A DNA stretch of 34,465 bases from Paramoeba atlantica (GCA_977017575.1 CDRNVI010000131.1:1-34465); one strand, 5' to 3'; shown: positions 13,478-24,682, numbered from the stretch's first letter. Notes: generated by a model not told the origin, from the letters alone. Numbers and translations: made by a program.

Positions 13478-14084
13478 ATGAAGTATTTATATTTAAATCA
13501 GTTAATTTCAAGTAATTATAATATATCTTTACATAAAAAAAAATAAATGAGGTAGACAACAAATTAATAATATAATTGGTTGATGTAAATTACATAATTA
13601 TGTAATTATAGATATTGTTTCTATATTTTTTAATATAAAAAATATAATTAATATAATTAATTATATTTCAACTAAATTAGGTATATCTTTATTATGTTTA
13701 TTATCAGATAGTAATATAATTAATACTTCATTAAAAAGAGTAAAAATAAAAAATTTTTATATGGTATATTTAGATAAAATTTATGGTTTTATATCTAATT
13801 TTTATATGTTTATTAAAAAAGGTCGAAAACATTATAAAAATATAGTTAATTATAGATCAAAAAGGTTACCTGATATAGTATTTATGTCAAAAGATAGTTG
13901 AAAAGATTATAATAATTTTTTTAAAATATTTTTAGAATATAAAATATTATCTATAAAAAACACATCATTTTTAGAAAAGGATATTCATATTTGTTATAAT
14001 ATTATGGTTAATAATTCTTTAATTATATATAATTTATGAAAATATATATATAAGCAAAATAGAATTTTATTTAAAAAATGTTAA
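13478..14084 (+). CDS. rps2: Ribosomal protein S2 (divergent), with a +1 frameshift in the A9 run at 13535-13543
   Basis: H-K-K-N-K-W N-terminal motif after removing one A, VIID, YGFISNF, RLPDIVF; about 200 aa. Confidence 0.7.
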
Positions 14085-14791
14085 AAGTAAATTATAAAAA
14101 ATTAAATTTAATAAGAGTTTATAAAAGAGATCTTTGAGGTAGAATAATATTAAATAGAAAATTATTATTAATTAGAAATTATATTATTAAATTATTAAAA
14201 ATAAAAAAATTTAAATATAATAAAAGAATAAATTTTTATAGGATTAATAATTTTGAGAAACCTGTATATTTTAGAAGAAGAACTAGATATGGTAAATATT
14301 TTATTTTACGAAGACAATTTAGAATTTTTTATGGTTTTTTAAGTATTAAAAATATAAAAAAAATCATAAAAAAAAGTTTTAAAAAAAAATATGCTTTAAG
14401 TTATTTTATTTATATGATGGAATCTAGATTAGATGTATTAGTTTATAGATTACATTTAGTTAAAAGTGTTAGATCAGCTAGACAATGAATATTTAATGGT
14501 AATATTATTGTTAATAATAATATTATAATTAATCCACAATATAATTTAAAAAAAGGTGATATATTAACTTTAAATAAAAAAAAAATATTATATTTTAAAA
14601 AAAAATTATATTATAATATAAAAACAAAAAATTGATCTCGAAGTATTATACCTAATTATATTGAATATGATTATAATAATTTTGTTTTTAAATTTATAAG
14701 TCTTAATATATATGATGTACCTTTTTTTGCTCCGGTTACTTCTTATACTTTTTTAAATATAATGAATTTTTATACAAGATATTATTTTTAA
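14078..14791 (+). CDS. rps4: Ribosomal protein S4 (237 aa)
   Basis: RQFRIFYG, MESRLDVLVYRL, SVRSARQWIFNG, PNYIE; overlaps the rps2 stop by 7 nt. Confidence 0.93.
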
Positions 14792-14906
14792 TTTATTAAA
14801 ATAATAATATCTTTAAACTTGATCTTTTTTTGTTTTGTGTGTTTATTTATCGTTATTACACATAAATTTATTATAATAATAATTATGTATTTTAAGATAA
14901 ATAATT

Positions 14907-16406
14907 ATGGACGCTAATAATCAGCAAAATAATATTTATTTTGGAATTGTAATTAAAGTTAAGGATGGTATTGCAACAATTAAAGGATTAGAAAACGCTA
15001 AAGCAGGAGAAGTTTTAGAATTTTCTAGTGGTGCTAAAGGATTAGCATTAAACTTAGCTGAAAATGAAATTAGTTCTGTTATTTTTGGTAATGAACAATT
15101 AATTAAACAAGGGGTTCGAGTCAAAAATACAGGTAAATTAATGACTATTAATATTTCTTCTAAATTATTAGGTAGAGTTATTAATGCTATAGGTGAGCCT
15201 ATAGATAATGATACAGCTATTGCTGCAACAGAAGTTAAAAATGTTGAGCAAAAAGCAGTAGGTATTATCGCTAGACAATCTGTTCATGAACCTATGTTAA
15301 CAGGTATGAAATCTATAGATTCTTTAATTCCTATAGGTCGTGGTCAACGTGAATTAATTATTGGTGATAGACAAACAGGTAAAACTTCTATAGCTGTCGA
15401 TACTATTATTAATCAATTAAATTATAATAATAATGTTGATTTTAAAAATGTTAATTTATATTGTGTTTATGTAGCTATTGGTCAAAAAAAATCAACAGCT
15501 GCTAGAATATTTAGTACTTTACAATCATTTCAATCAGCGCAATATACAGTTATTGTAAGTGCATTTGCTTCTGAATCTGCATCATTACAATATTTAGCAC
15601 CTTATGTAGGTACTTCTATAAGTGAGTATTTTAGAGATAATAAAAAACATTGTGTCATTATATATGATGATTTAACTAAACATGCTGCCGCTTATAGACA
15701 AATGTCTTTATTATTAAGAAGACCACCAGGTAGAGAAGCTTATCCAGGAGATGTTTTTTATTTACATTCTAGATTATTAGAAAGATCTTCTAAATTATCT
15801 ACTAAATTAGGTTCAGGTTCAATAACCGGTTTACCTGTTATTGAAACATTAGAAGGAGATGTTTCGGCTTATATTCCAACTAATGTTATATCTATTACAG
15901 ATGGTCAAATATTTTTAGATACTGAACAATTTTATTCAGGTATAAGACCAGCAGTAAGTGTTGGTTTATCGGTTAGTAGAGTTGGTGGAGCTGCACAACC
16001 TAAATTAATGAAATCATTAGCAGGTTCTTTAAAGGTTGGTTTAGCCCAATTTAGAGAAGTTGAAAGTTTTGCTAGTTTAGGTTGTGATATAGATCCTGTT
16101 ACTCAACAATTATTAGATCGTGGTTATAGATTAACTGAATTATTTGTACAAAGTAGATTTAATAATTATTCATTAGATTTATCTTTATTATCAGTTTTTG
16201 CAGGTTCTAAAGGTTTTTTTGATAAATTAGCTATAAATAAAATAAATGGTGTATTTGAAGAAATGGTTTTAGAAAGTAAAAAATTATTTTGATTACCTTT
16301 TTTTCAATTTTTAAATGATGTAATTCATCCTGATAAAGTTGGTCTAAATTATAACTTTTTAGAAAGTTTTTTAGGCTCTTATAATAAATGATGTATTAAT
16401 ATTTAA
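14907..16406 (+). CDS. atp1: ATP synthase F1 alpha subunit (499 aa)
   Basis: P-loop [41 protein letters not shown]; reads through TGA at 16290 to TAA at 16404-16406. Confidence 0.98.
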
Positions 16407-16411
16407 AAAAA

Positions 16412-17431
16412 ATGATTAATTTTGTAAATAATATAATTTTTTCAAATTTAGAGGCAGATTATGCTTTACCTGGACAATTAGGTTTTCAATACCCAGCTAA
16501 TACTATAGCTCGAGGAATTATTGATTTGCATAATCATATTATGTTTTTTTTAGTTTTTATTGTTGTATTTACTTTTGCTATGATTTATTTCACTTTAAGT
16601 ACATTTACAATAAATAATAATAGTAATTTAGAGATTTTTAATAAAGTAAAAAATTTTTATAATGTAAGAATTTCGCATAATACATTATTAGAAACTCTTT
16701 GAATTATAATACCAAGTTTAATATTAATATCTATAGCAATACCGTCTTTTGCTTTATTATATGCTATGGAAATATCTGGTGTAAGTCTGTTAACAATGAA
16801 AGTTACAGGACATCAGTGATATTGATCTTATTCTTTTGTATTTAGTTTAGATAATCCTCAAATTGTATATGATATTGCGAGTAATACAAATATAGAGTTA
16901 GGAGGTTCTTTTTCAAATAATATAGCTGAATTTAGTTTCGATAGTTATATGGTACCTACTAATGAATTATCAGATAAAGGTTTACGTTTATTAGAAACTA
17001 CAAATCCAGTAGTATTGCCTGTAGATACTTTTATAAAAGTATATGTAACAGCTAGTGATGTATTACATTGTTGAGCTGTCCCTTCATTAGGTATAAAAAT
17101 AGATGCTTGTCCTGGTAGGTTAAATCAGGTAAATTTATTTATAGATAGAATTGGTCATTTTTATGGTCAATGTAGTGAATTATGTGGTGTAAATCATGGT
17201 TTTATGCCTATTGAAATATATAGTATAACTAAATTAGATTATATTACATATTTATGTTTAGCTTGTGAAGATTTTAGAAATAATTCGTTTAATCAACTAA
17301 TAAATTATTATCATTATTTTTATGAAGATGGAAGTAATGCTATTGTTTTTACTAGAGGTTTCTATGATTGATGACAAGATCAACTTAATTTATCAATAAA
17401 AGAATTTTTAAATAAAGAAAATAGTATATAA
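16412..17431 (+). CDS. cox2: Cytochrome c oxidase subunit 2 (339 aa, C-terminally extended)
   Basis: QLGFQ, GHQWYWSY, DVLHCWAVP, CuA motif [12 protein letters not shown]. Confidence 0.97.
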
Positions 17432-17434
17432 AAT

Positions 17435-18304
17435 ATGATTAATAAATTTAAACATTTTCATTTTTGACATATTGTAACAATTAGTCCATGACCTTTATTA
17501 TTATCTATGTTTGCATTATCAATGCCAGTAGGTTTAGTAACTTTTTTTCAAGGATTTTATTATGGTGTACCTGTATTTTTTATAGGTTTAATTATGGTAA
17601 TATTTATTATATGTTTATGATTTAGAGATATAGTAATTGAAGCAAGTTATGAAGGTCATCATACTAAACAAGTTCAATCAAGCTTAATTATAAGCTTTTT
17701 ACTTTTTATTTTTTCAGAAGTAATGCTTTTTGTAGCTTTTTTCTGAGCTTTTTTTCATTCAAGTATTTTTCCTACAGTAGAATTAAATTGTAGTTGACCT
17801 CCCGTAGGAATGAGTGAAATAATTATGGATCCTTTTGGTATTCCTTTATTAAATACTTTATTATTATTAACATCAGGTGCTACTTTAACTTTAGCACATT
17901 TATATTTAAAACAAGGATATATGGATAAATGTTTATTAACTATGGTTGTTACAATTGTATTTGCTGTATTATTTTTATCTTTTCAGTTTTATGAATATAG
18001 TGTTTCTGCTTTTGATATTTCAGATGGTGTTTATGGTTCAACTTTTTTTTGTTGTACTGGTTTACATGGTTTTCACGTTATTGTTGGTACTATAGCTTTA
18101 AGTATGACTACTTATCGTATATATTTATCACATTTTTCACGTAATCACCATTTAGGTTTTGAATTTGCAGCTTGATATTGACATTTTGTTGATGTAGTAT
18201 GATTATTTTTATATATGATTATATATTGTTGAGGTAGTGATATGGTAGCTCCTCTTATATTAGAATTAAAAGATGGAAAAGAGAATATTTTTTATTTAGT
18301 ATAA
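17435..18304 (+). CDS. cox3: Cytochrome c oxidase subunit 3 (289 aa)
   Basis: SPWP, SEVMLF, WAFFHSS, TGLHGFHV, GFEFAAWYWHFVDVVW. Confidence 0.97.
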
Positions 18305-18311
18305 ATTTACA

Positions 18312-19973
<1,662 letters not shown>

Positions 19974-19989
19974 TAATTTTACTAATATA

Positions 19990-20063
19990 ATCCCTCTGGT
20001 CTAATTGGTTAAGACATATCACTCATAATGGTACTGATATAGGTTCAAGTCCTATGGGGGATA
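19990..20063 (+). tRNA. trnI: tRNA with anticodon CAU, most likely tRNA-Ile(CAU)
   Basis: Cloverleaf; anticodon arm TATCA-CTCATAA-TGGTA, T arm ATAGG-TTCAAGT-CCTAT, paired acceptor stem. Ile versus Met is inferred by resemblance. Confidence 0.75.
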
Positions 20064-20064
20064 A

Positions 20065-20136
20065 ATAGTTGTAGTGTAGTGGTTAACATATTAGTCTTCA
20101 AAACTAATGACATAGGTTCAAATCCTATCAACTGTG
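20065..20136 (+). tRNA. trnW: tRNA-Trp(UCA)
   Basis: Anticodon arm TTAGT-CTTCAAA-ACTAA; explains UGA=Trp decoding. Confidence 0.93.
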
Positions 20137-20168
20137 TTAATTATAGATGATATAATTAAATATAATAA

Positions 20169-20240
20169 AATAGGGTGACTGAAAGGTAAAGTATTGTTTT
20201 TTGGCAGCAAATCGTGTAGGTTCGAGTCCTACTCCTAAGT
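20169..20240 (+). tRNA. trnQ: tRNA-Gln(UUG)
   Basis: Arm TTGTT-TTTTGGC-AGCAA; acceptor mismatches at 1:72 and 2:71. Confidence 0.88.
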
Positions 20241-20253
20241 ATTAAAATTTTTT

Positions 20254-20326
20254 TTAAGGATAGTATAAATGGTTATTATAATTGATTGCAAATCTATAGA
20301 TATCGGTTCGAGTCCGTTTCCTAACT
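20254..20326 (+). tRNA. trnC: tRNA-Cys(GCA)
   Basis: Loop TTGCAAA, U73; acceptor mismatches at 1:72 and 3:70. Confidence 0.85.
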
Positions 20327-20353
20327 TTTTTAAATTTAATATAAATATAATAA

Positions 20354-20426
20354 ATACCTATAGTTTAATTGGTTAAAACATGCATTTGATAAGTGCAAAT
20401 TGATAGTTCGAGTCTATCTGGGGTTA
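20354..20426 (+). tRNA. trnI: tRNA-Ile(GAU)
   Basis: Arm TGCAT-TTGATAA-GTGCA; acceptor mismatches at 2:71 and 3:70. Confidence 0.92.
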
Positions 20427-20436
20427 TAAATAAAAA

Positions 20437-20509
20437 AAATAGTTAGCTCAATTGGTAGAGCATCGGCCTTTTAAGCTGAGGGTTATAGGTTCGAGCCCTA
20501 TACTATCTA
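20437..20509 (+). tRNA. trnK: tRNA-Lys(UUU)
   Basis: Arm TCGGC-CTTTTAA-GCTGA; acceptor mismatch at 2:71. Confidence 0.93.
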
Positions 20510-20515
20510 TAAAAA

Positions 20516-20588
20516 TATGGAATGGTGTAATAGGTTAGCACATCGAGTTGTGATTTCGATAGTATGAGTTCAAGTCTCATTTCTTACC
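20516..20588 (+). tRNA. trnH: tRNA-His(GUG)
   Basis: Arm TCGAG-TTGTGAT-TTCGA, C73; mismatches at 1:72, 2:71 and 3:70. Confidence 0.92.
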
Positions 20589-20654
20589 TAAATTAAGAAT
20601 AATAAAATTAATAAAATATATATTTTATTAAAATTTTTTTATTAATTTGTAAAG

Positions 20655-20728
20655 ATAGATGTGATGGAATTGGTAGACATATTAGTTTTAGGCACTAAAT
20701 TTTAGGGGTTCGAGTCCCCTCATCTGTA
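20655..20728 (+). tRNA. trnL: tRNA-Leu(UAG), short variable region
   Basis: Leu-type D loop GAATTGGTAGA; arm TTAGT-TTTAGGC-ACTAA; paired acceptor stem. Confidence 0.88.
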
Positions 20729-20762
20729 TTGTATGTATAAAAAAAGAAAAAATATTTTTTAT

Positions 20763-20833
20763 AAGGATGTAGTTTAAAGGTAAAATATCTATTTTGGGTG
20801 TAGACGTTATAGGTTCAAATCCTATCGTCCTGA
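20763..20833 (+). tRNA. trnP: tRNA-Pro(UGG)
   Basis: Arm TCTAT-TTTGGGT-GTAGA; A1 opposite G72. Confidence 0.92.
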
Positions 20834-20846
20834 TAATTATAATAAC

Positions 20847-20920
20847 AAGGAGGTAGCTTAATAGGCTAAAGCTTTAACCTGTCGAGTTAAAAGATGAGGG
20901 TTCGAATCCCTTCCTCCGCA
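20847..20920 (+). tRNA. trnD: tRNA-Asp(GUC)
   Basis: Arm TTAAC-CTGTCGA-GTTAA; mismatches at 1:72 and 2:71. Confidence 0.92.
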
Positions 20921-21220
20921 TAAAATATAATAAAATATGTTTATTTTATTACTATATAATCAAGATGTTTTGTATATAAAATATAAAATATTATCTATTA
21001 TATCTATTATATCAATTTATGATAAATGTACATTTACCATATGAAATAACAGTCATAAAACATACATATTTTACTTAAAATTTTTTTAAAAAGAGAAAAA
21101 ATTATAAAATAAATAATTATAGTAATTTAAAAGATTTTATTTTTTTAATAAAATAAAAAATTAGTAAATTAATATGATTATTTATTTTAGATATATCTTA
21201 CTTTAATAATATATGATTTA

Positions 21221-21292
21221 TTTTTCTTCGTCTAATGGTTAGGACATTGCTCTTTCACAGCAGAAATAAGGGTTCAAATCCCTTAGAAATGA
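21221..21292 (+). tRNA. trnE: tRNA-Glu(UUC)
   Basis: Arm TTGCT-CTTTCAC-AGCAG; U-G at 1:72 and a U/U mismatch at 2:71. Confidence 0.92.
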
Positions 21293-21466
21293 AATTATTT
21301 TATCCGTATTAATTTAATTTAATAAAATTTTTTTGTAAATTTTTGAAATCTATTATACACTGATTTAAGTATATTATTTGTCACATATAATAAGGGGGGT
21401 TTGGGGGGTTTGTATAAGAGATAATATTTTATTTTCATATACAAAAATTTTTATTAATTATTTTTT

Positions 21467-21549
21467 AATGGTGTGATGGAATTGGTAAACATGATAGACT
21501 TAAAATCTATTGCCTTTTAGGCTTGAGGGTTCGAGTCCCTCCTCCAATA
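21467..21549 (+). tRNA. trnL: tRNA-Leu(UAA), long variable arm
   Basis: Arm ATAGA-CTTAAAA-TCTAT, variable arm GCC-TTTTA-GGC; mismatches at 2:71 and 6:67. Confidence 0.92.
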
Positions 21550-21567
21550 ACGATGAGTTAATTATTT

Positions 21568-21640
21568 TTTAAGATGGAGTAATAGGTTAACTCAGTGGTC
21601 TCATGAGCCACAGATGTAGGTTCGAGTCCTACTCTTCTTA
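21568..21640 (+). tRNA. trnM: tRNA-Met(CAU)
   Basis: D stem GAGT/ACTC, arm GTGGT-CTCATGA-GCCAC; mismatches at 1:72, 2:71 and 3:70. Confidence 0.85.
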
Positions 21641-21739
21641 TATAATTACGTAAATATTATTATGGATTACATTTGAATATGTAATCAATTTTGAATTTTT
21701 ATTAATTAGTAAAATATATGTATAAAAATATTTTCGAAA

Positions 21740-21980
21740 ATGGCAGGACAAGAAATTATGTTAATTTTTGCAAAAAAAGTAGGTGCTGGTTTAGCTACTA
21801 TAGGTTTAGCAGGTGCTGGAGTAGGTATAGGAATAGTTTTTTGGAGCTTTTTTAATTGCTTATTCACGTAATACTACAATTAAAAACGATTTATTTGGTT
21901 ATACTTTATTAGGTTTCGCATTAACAGAAGCAATTGCTCTGTTTGCCCTAATGATGGCTTTCTTAATCTTATATACTTAA
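21740..21980 (+). CDS. atp9: ATP synthase subunit c (79 aa), with a +1 frameshift in the T6 run at 21837-21842
   Basis: [30 protein letters not shown]...[12 protein letters not shown]; absent from the ORF track. Confidence 0.95.
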
Positions 21981-22007
21981 TCAACCTATTTTTGTTGTTT
22001 TGTATTT

Positions 22008-22081
22008 AATTGGTTAGTTTAATTGGTTAAAATTATGATCTTCTAAATCATTAGATATAGGTTCGAGTCCTATACCAATTA
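22008..22081 (+). tRNA. trnR: tRNA-Arg(UCU)
   Basis: Arm ATGAT-CTTCTAA-ATCAT; perfect acceptor stem AATTGGT/ACCAATT. Confidence 0.93.
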
Positions 22082-22089
22082 TAATTTTT

Positions 22090-22170
22090 TATAGTGTGGC
22101 TGAGCGGTAAAGCGGTAGACTGTAAATCTATTGTATTTATACATCGTAGGTTCGAATCCTACCACTTCCA
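22090..22170 (+). tRNA. trnY: tRNA-Tyr(GUA)
   Basis: Arm GTAGA-CTGTAAA-TCTAT, long variable arm; encoded 5' TAT lies opposite 3' TCC (three mismatches). Confidence 0.93.
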
Positions 22171-22229
22171 TTTGATTAAAATATATAATAATGTTGAATA
22201 ATTTTTAAACAAATCATTTTAAAATTTTT

Positions 22230-23227
22230 TTATAAATTTAAAATAGTATTAAACGGATATCTTGCCAATAATAAGTTTATAGACGTTTTAAAACGTAATG
22301 TGAAAGTAAAATAATAATAATTTTTCAATATTCACGTATCTAAAGGGAAAACCCAATTAAATTAAATAATTAAAGAATATCTAATGAATTGAATCATCTT
22401 AGTAATTAGTTAAAAAAAATAAAAATGATATTATTAGTAGTGGCGAGCGAAAATAAAATAGCTAAATTAAACAATAATATAAATAAAAAATATAATAATT
22501 TGGAATAATTAACAAAATAAGTAATAGTCTTGTTATTTTTTATTATTATTATTGGTTTTGAGTAAAATAAAAACTAAATTTGTTTGAAGATTAGAGTACC
22601 ATCTCTAAAGGCTAAAGAATTATTATTGAGCGATAGTGAAAAAGTACTGTGAAGGAAAGATGAAAAGAAATTTTTTAAAAATGTTGAAATAGATTTTGAA
22701 ATTTAATACTAAATAGCACTTTAAGCATAAATAATTATATGTTAAAAGGTACCTTTTGCATAATGGGTCAGTGAGTTAATTATTGTAGCAAAATAAAAAA
22801 TTATTAAATTTTTTAATTGTAATTAATATATTTATAGTTATAATAATTAGACCCGAAACCAAGTGATCTAGTCATGGGCAGATTGAAGTTAATTAAATAT
22901 TAATGGAGGATCGAACCCGTTTATGTTGCAATATATTGGGATGACCTATGATTAGGGGTGAAAGGCTAATCAAACTTGGAGATAGCTGGTTTTCTACGAA
23001 ATCTATTTAAGTAGAGATGAAATTTAAATTTATATAAGGTAGAGCTACCATATTGGGTTGTTGAATCCATATGAACTTCAAATAAATATAAAGTAAAAAT
23101 TTTAATTTCGATATATGGCGAAAAGGTTGTATATCAAGAGGGAAAGAGCCCAGATTATAAATTAAGGTTTCTAAATTAATATTAAGTTAAAAAGTATATT
23201 ATAATATTAACAATGAATAGGAGGTAG

Positions 23228-23261
<34 letters not shown>

Positions 23262-23943
23262 CAGCTCACTATTGATAGATATTTATATACAAAAATATAA
23301 CGAAAATAAATATTATACCGAAATTATAAAATATTATTTAAAATAATAATATTGGTAGTAGAACGTTTTATAAAAGAAAAAAAAAATTGTTAAATTATAA
23401 AATTAAAATTGAATATACTGGCATAAGTAGCAAAAATAATGTTATAAACATTATCATCTAAAAATCTAAGGTTTCTAATGTCAAGATAAACTGCATTAGG
23501 TTAATCGGTCCCTAAAATGAATATGATAGTAATAATTGAAGGGTAGTTAAAGAGTTATAAGGATAACATAATATTTTTAACGTTATTAGTAGATGACAGT
23601 TTATTTTTTAAATATTTTAGGATCAAATTTTAATAAATATAGTAAAACATTGTGTGATATATTCGAATATATTGATTGAAATATTTAAAAAATAAATTCA
23701 AGAAAGAATACTAATATATAAAACCGTACTAAATCCTACACAGGAGGATTAGTAGAGAATACTAAGATGAATAATTGAATAATATCGAAGGAACTCGGCA
23801 AATTAACTCTGTAACTTCGGGAGAAAGAGTATTTTTATATATACATTATATGTATATAAAAATGTAACAGAATAGAGGATGGCGACTGTTTAACAAAAAC
23901 ACAGGACTTTGCAAAATTAATTAATGATGTATAAGGTCTGACA
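22230..23943 (+). rRNA. rnl: Mitochondrial large-subunit rRNA, 3'-truncated in domain IV (5' end approximate)
   Basis: Conserved blocks AGTAGTGGCGAGCGAA, GTACTGTGAAGGAAAG, GACCCGAAACCAAGTGATCTA, GGTGAAAGGCTAATCAAAC, AAGGAACTCGGCAA, GCGACTGTTTAACAAAAACACAG; homology stops after ...GGTCTGACA (about E. coli 1831). Confidence 0.96.
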
Positions 23944-24122
23944 TGCTTAGGTGTAATGTGCGTTAATTCAAAGCGCAGTTGACTGGCAGGCACGAGTGCG
24001 GCGCGTTGCATGGCTTTTTCAAAAATGTCTAACAATGCATTTTCTTCTTGTTTAGTGCAATGGGTATTTTTCACATCCCAGATGAGTGGTTTGTAAAATA
24101 GTCTGTCGATTAATGTGCTCAT
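23944..24122 (-). pseudogene. 5' part (about 59 codons) of a bacterial hypothetical gene cut by the junction
   Basis: GGAG Shine-Dalgarno upstream of the ATG at 24122; the track's 95-aa ORF runs on into antisense rnl after ...HITPKH. Confidence 0.55.
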
Positions 24123-24212
24123 GGTTTTTTCTCCAGTTAAGTTAACGTTACGTTGTAATTAACGCTCACTATCGAAGGTATAGCCAGTCGAATTAGCCTA
24201 TATTTATCCCTA

Positions 24213-24662
24213 TCAGAACCGCTTTACTAACATTCGATGACCAAACCAGAAAGTGACAACCGCCGCAAATAAAGTGCGCGTCTCTTCATCCCAAATAGCC
24301 AATAGCCCGTCCATGACTAAGATACCTTGTTGCAGTAACGTCACTAATGTCATGACTTTGATAAGCACGAACAAGGCAAAAAAGGCATAGGTGATGATGG
24401 GCCTCACTGACGCACGTAACGCTTCAATCCATTTGACACCACTTGGGAGGCTCGCGTGTTGATACAATGCTTGGCTTTCAGTGATATCCGCTTGGGTTTG
24501 AATCTCAGACAAACGTTGATTGTGTCCCTGGCGCTGCATCTCCAGTTGTTTATCAAGCATGGCTAGCTCATGTTGTCGGTCAGCCCTGTCTTGAATTAAT
24601 TTCAATACCGATGGGAATCCTGATGTCATAAACCCTAACAGGGCTCCTAAGAATGTTAACAT
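24213..24662 (-). CDS. Holin of the 3TM (GTA-holin-like) type
   Basis: N-terminal hydrophobic LGALLGF, central coiled coil (QDRADRQHELA), ASVRPIITY followed by two TM helices and FWFG; lies after the tail genes. Confidence 0.75.
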   Translation of the reverse strand: MLTFLGALLGFMTSGFPSVLKLIQDRADRQHELAMLDKQLEMQRQGHNQRLSEIQTQADITESQALYQHASLPSGVKWIEALRASVRPIITYAFFALFVLIKVMTLVTLLQQGILVMDGLLAIWDEETRTLFAAVVTFWFGHRMLVKRF

Positions 24663-24682
24663 GATTTTCCCCTTTATAATTT

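Noticed and set aside
10127-15124. Track ORFs 10127-10333(-), 11102-11323(+) and 14936-15124(-)
   Set aside because: Antisense or out-of-frame shadows of nad1, nad4 and atp1.
19990-22170. Repeated GGTTCGAGTCC-like motifs as a CRISPR or repeat array
   Set aside because: They are the T arms of clustered tRNA genes; no cas genes or constant repeat-spacer period.
23835-24122. 95-aa minus-strand ORF as a real fusion protein
   Set aside because: Its last 35 or so residues are antisense rnl; it exists only because of the junction.
23944-24200. Group I or II intron inserted in rnl
   Set aside because: No intron core or homing endonuclease/RT is visible, rnl never resumes in the window, and the sequence is phage coding DNA on the opposite strand.
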